A program made the position numbers and the translations under genes. Positions 63,306 through 64,000 of a stretch of 64,000 bases of DNA are shown here, piece after piece (within the stretch, counting starts at the first letter, position 1; every line of letters begins with the position of its first letter). The DNA comes from Nemertoderma westbladi (taxonomy: Eukaryota; Animalia; Xenacoelomorpha), in assembly GCA_032718475.1 (NCBI GenBank), contig JAUCBJ010000924.1:1-64000 (forward strand), given 5' to 3'. Under the pieces are notes generated by a model, which saw only the letters and a program-made list of their open reading frames with translations, searched no databases and had not been told where the DNA came from.

Positions 63306-63816
63306 GCTTTTTACATCGCTTAGATCCGTGACAGTTATGATTGAAATTGATTTTACTTTCTTGACGGTGTTTGTTGATACTATAATAAAGAAAAAACATT
63401 ATTATATAATGTAACCAATGTACGATAAATTTAATATCCGAATAAATTGTTAATTATCAACTAATAAACACAAATTAAAATAGCACTGATATATTTAGCA
63501 CAAGTTTGATTTGGAAATGAATATAAAATTACAAGATGGAGAGGAAATGTAAAATCAAGAGAATCAAGTAAAAATACAGTAAAAAATTCAGTAAAAATAT
63601 AAAACTGTATTTATCTTATCCCTTTCCTGCTCGGATTATTTTTACTTATATAAAATTTTTTTTTGGGTAGATAAACTGAAAACAGTTTAATGACCACATA
63701 AATGTCAAAAAATGTTATTTTTAAATATTTGAATATTTATAATGAATGAGCATTAATGGGAGCAATAGTTGTGTAAAATAGTATATGACATTACAATATG
63801 ACATATGACATGAGTT

Positions 63817-64000
63817 ACTTCCTACCCACTCACACCCACCATATTACCTTCCTACCCACTCACACCCACCATATTACCTTCCTACCCACTCACACCCACC
63901 ATATTACCTTCCTACCCACTCACACCCACCATATTACCTTCCTACCCACTCACACCCACCATATTACCTTCCTACCCACTCACACCCACCATATTACCTT
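63817..64000. repeat. 30-bp minisatellite running off the window end
   Basis: ATATTACCTTCCTACCCACTCACACCCACC, about 6 exact units. Confidence 0.97.

Overview
AT-rich eukaryotic (most likely invertebrate) genomic DNA made up mostly of nested, decayed mobile elements and tandem repeats. There are no prokaryotic features, rRNA, tRNA or CRISPR. The only probable host gene is a single-exon rhodopsin-class GPCR (26.8-28.3 kb). Recognisable elements include a TA-flanked MITE present twice in inverted orientation around a pogo fragment and a Polinton/Maverick pPolB pseudogene, MULE-, hAT- and CMC/EnSpm-type MITEs with clean TSDs, a truncated piggyBac, a Penelope-like 3' end with a hammerhead-like core, a defective Gypsy element with a -1 frameshift signal and 3' LTR, and a hAT-type transposase. 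The most notable signal is three fragments (38.2-40.5, 49.1-50.4 and 55.2-60.9 kb) of an unusual Helitron-like rolling-circle element. Its inferred composite protein is OTU protease - Cys/His-rich region - HUH Rep - PIF1 helicase - C-terminal SLX1/YazA-type GIY-YIG nuclease. It is accompanied by a shared satellite core and a hairpin-bounded module with a compensatory base change. All family assignments come from motif recognition by eye; no searches were run.
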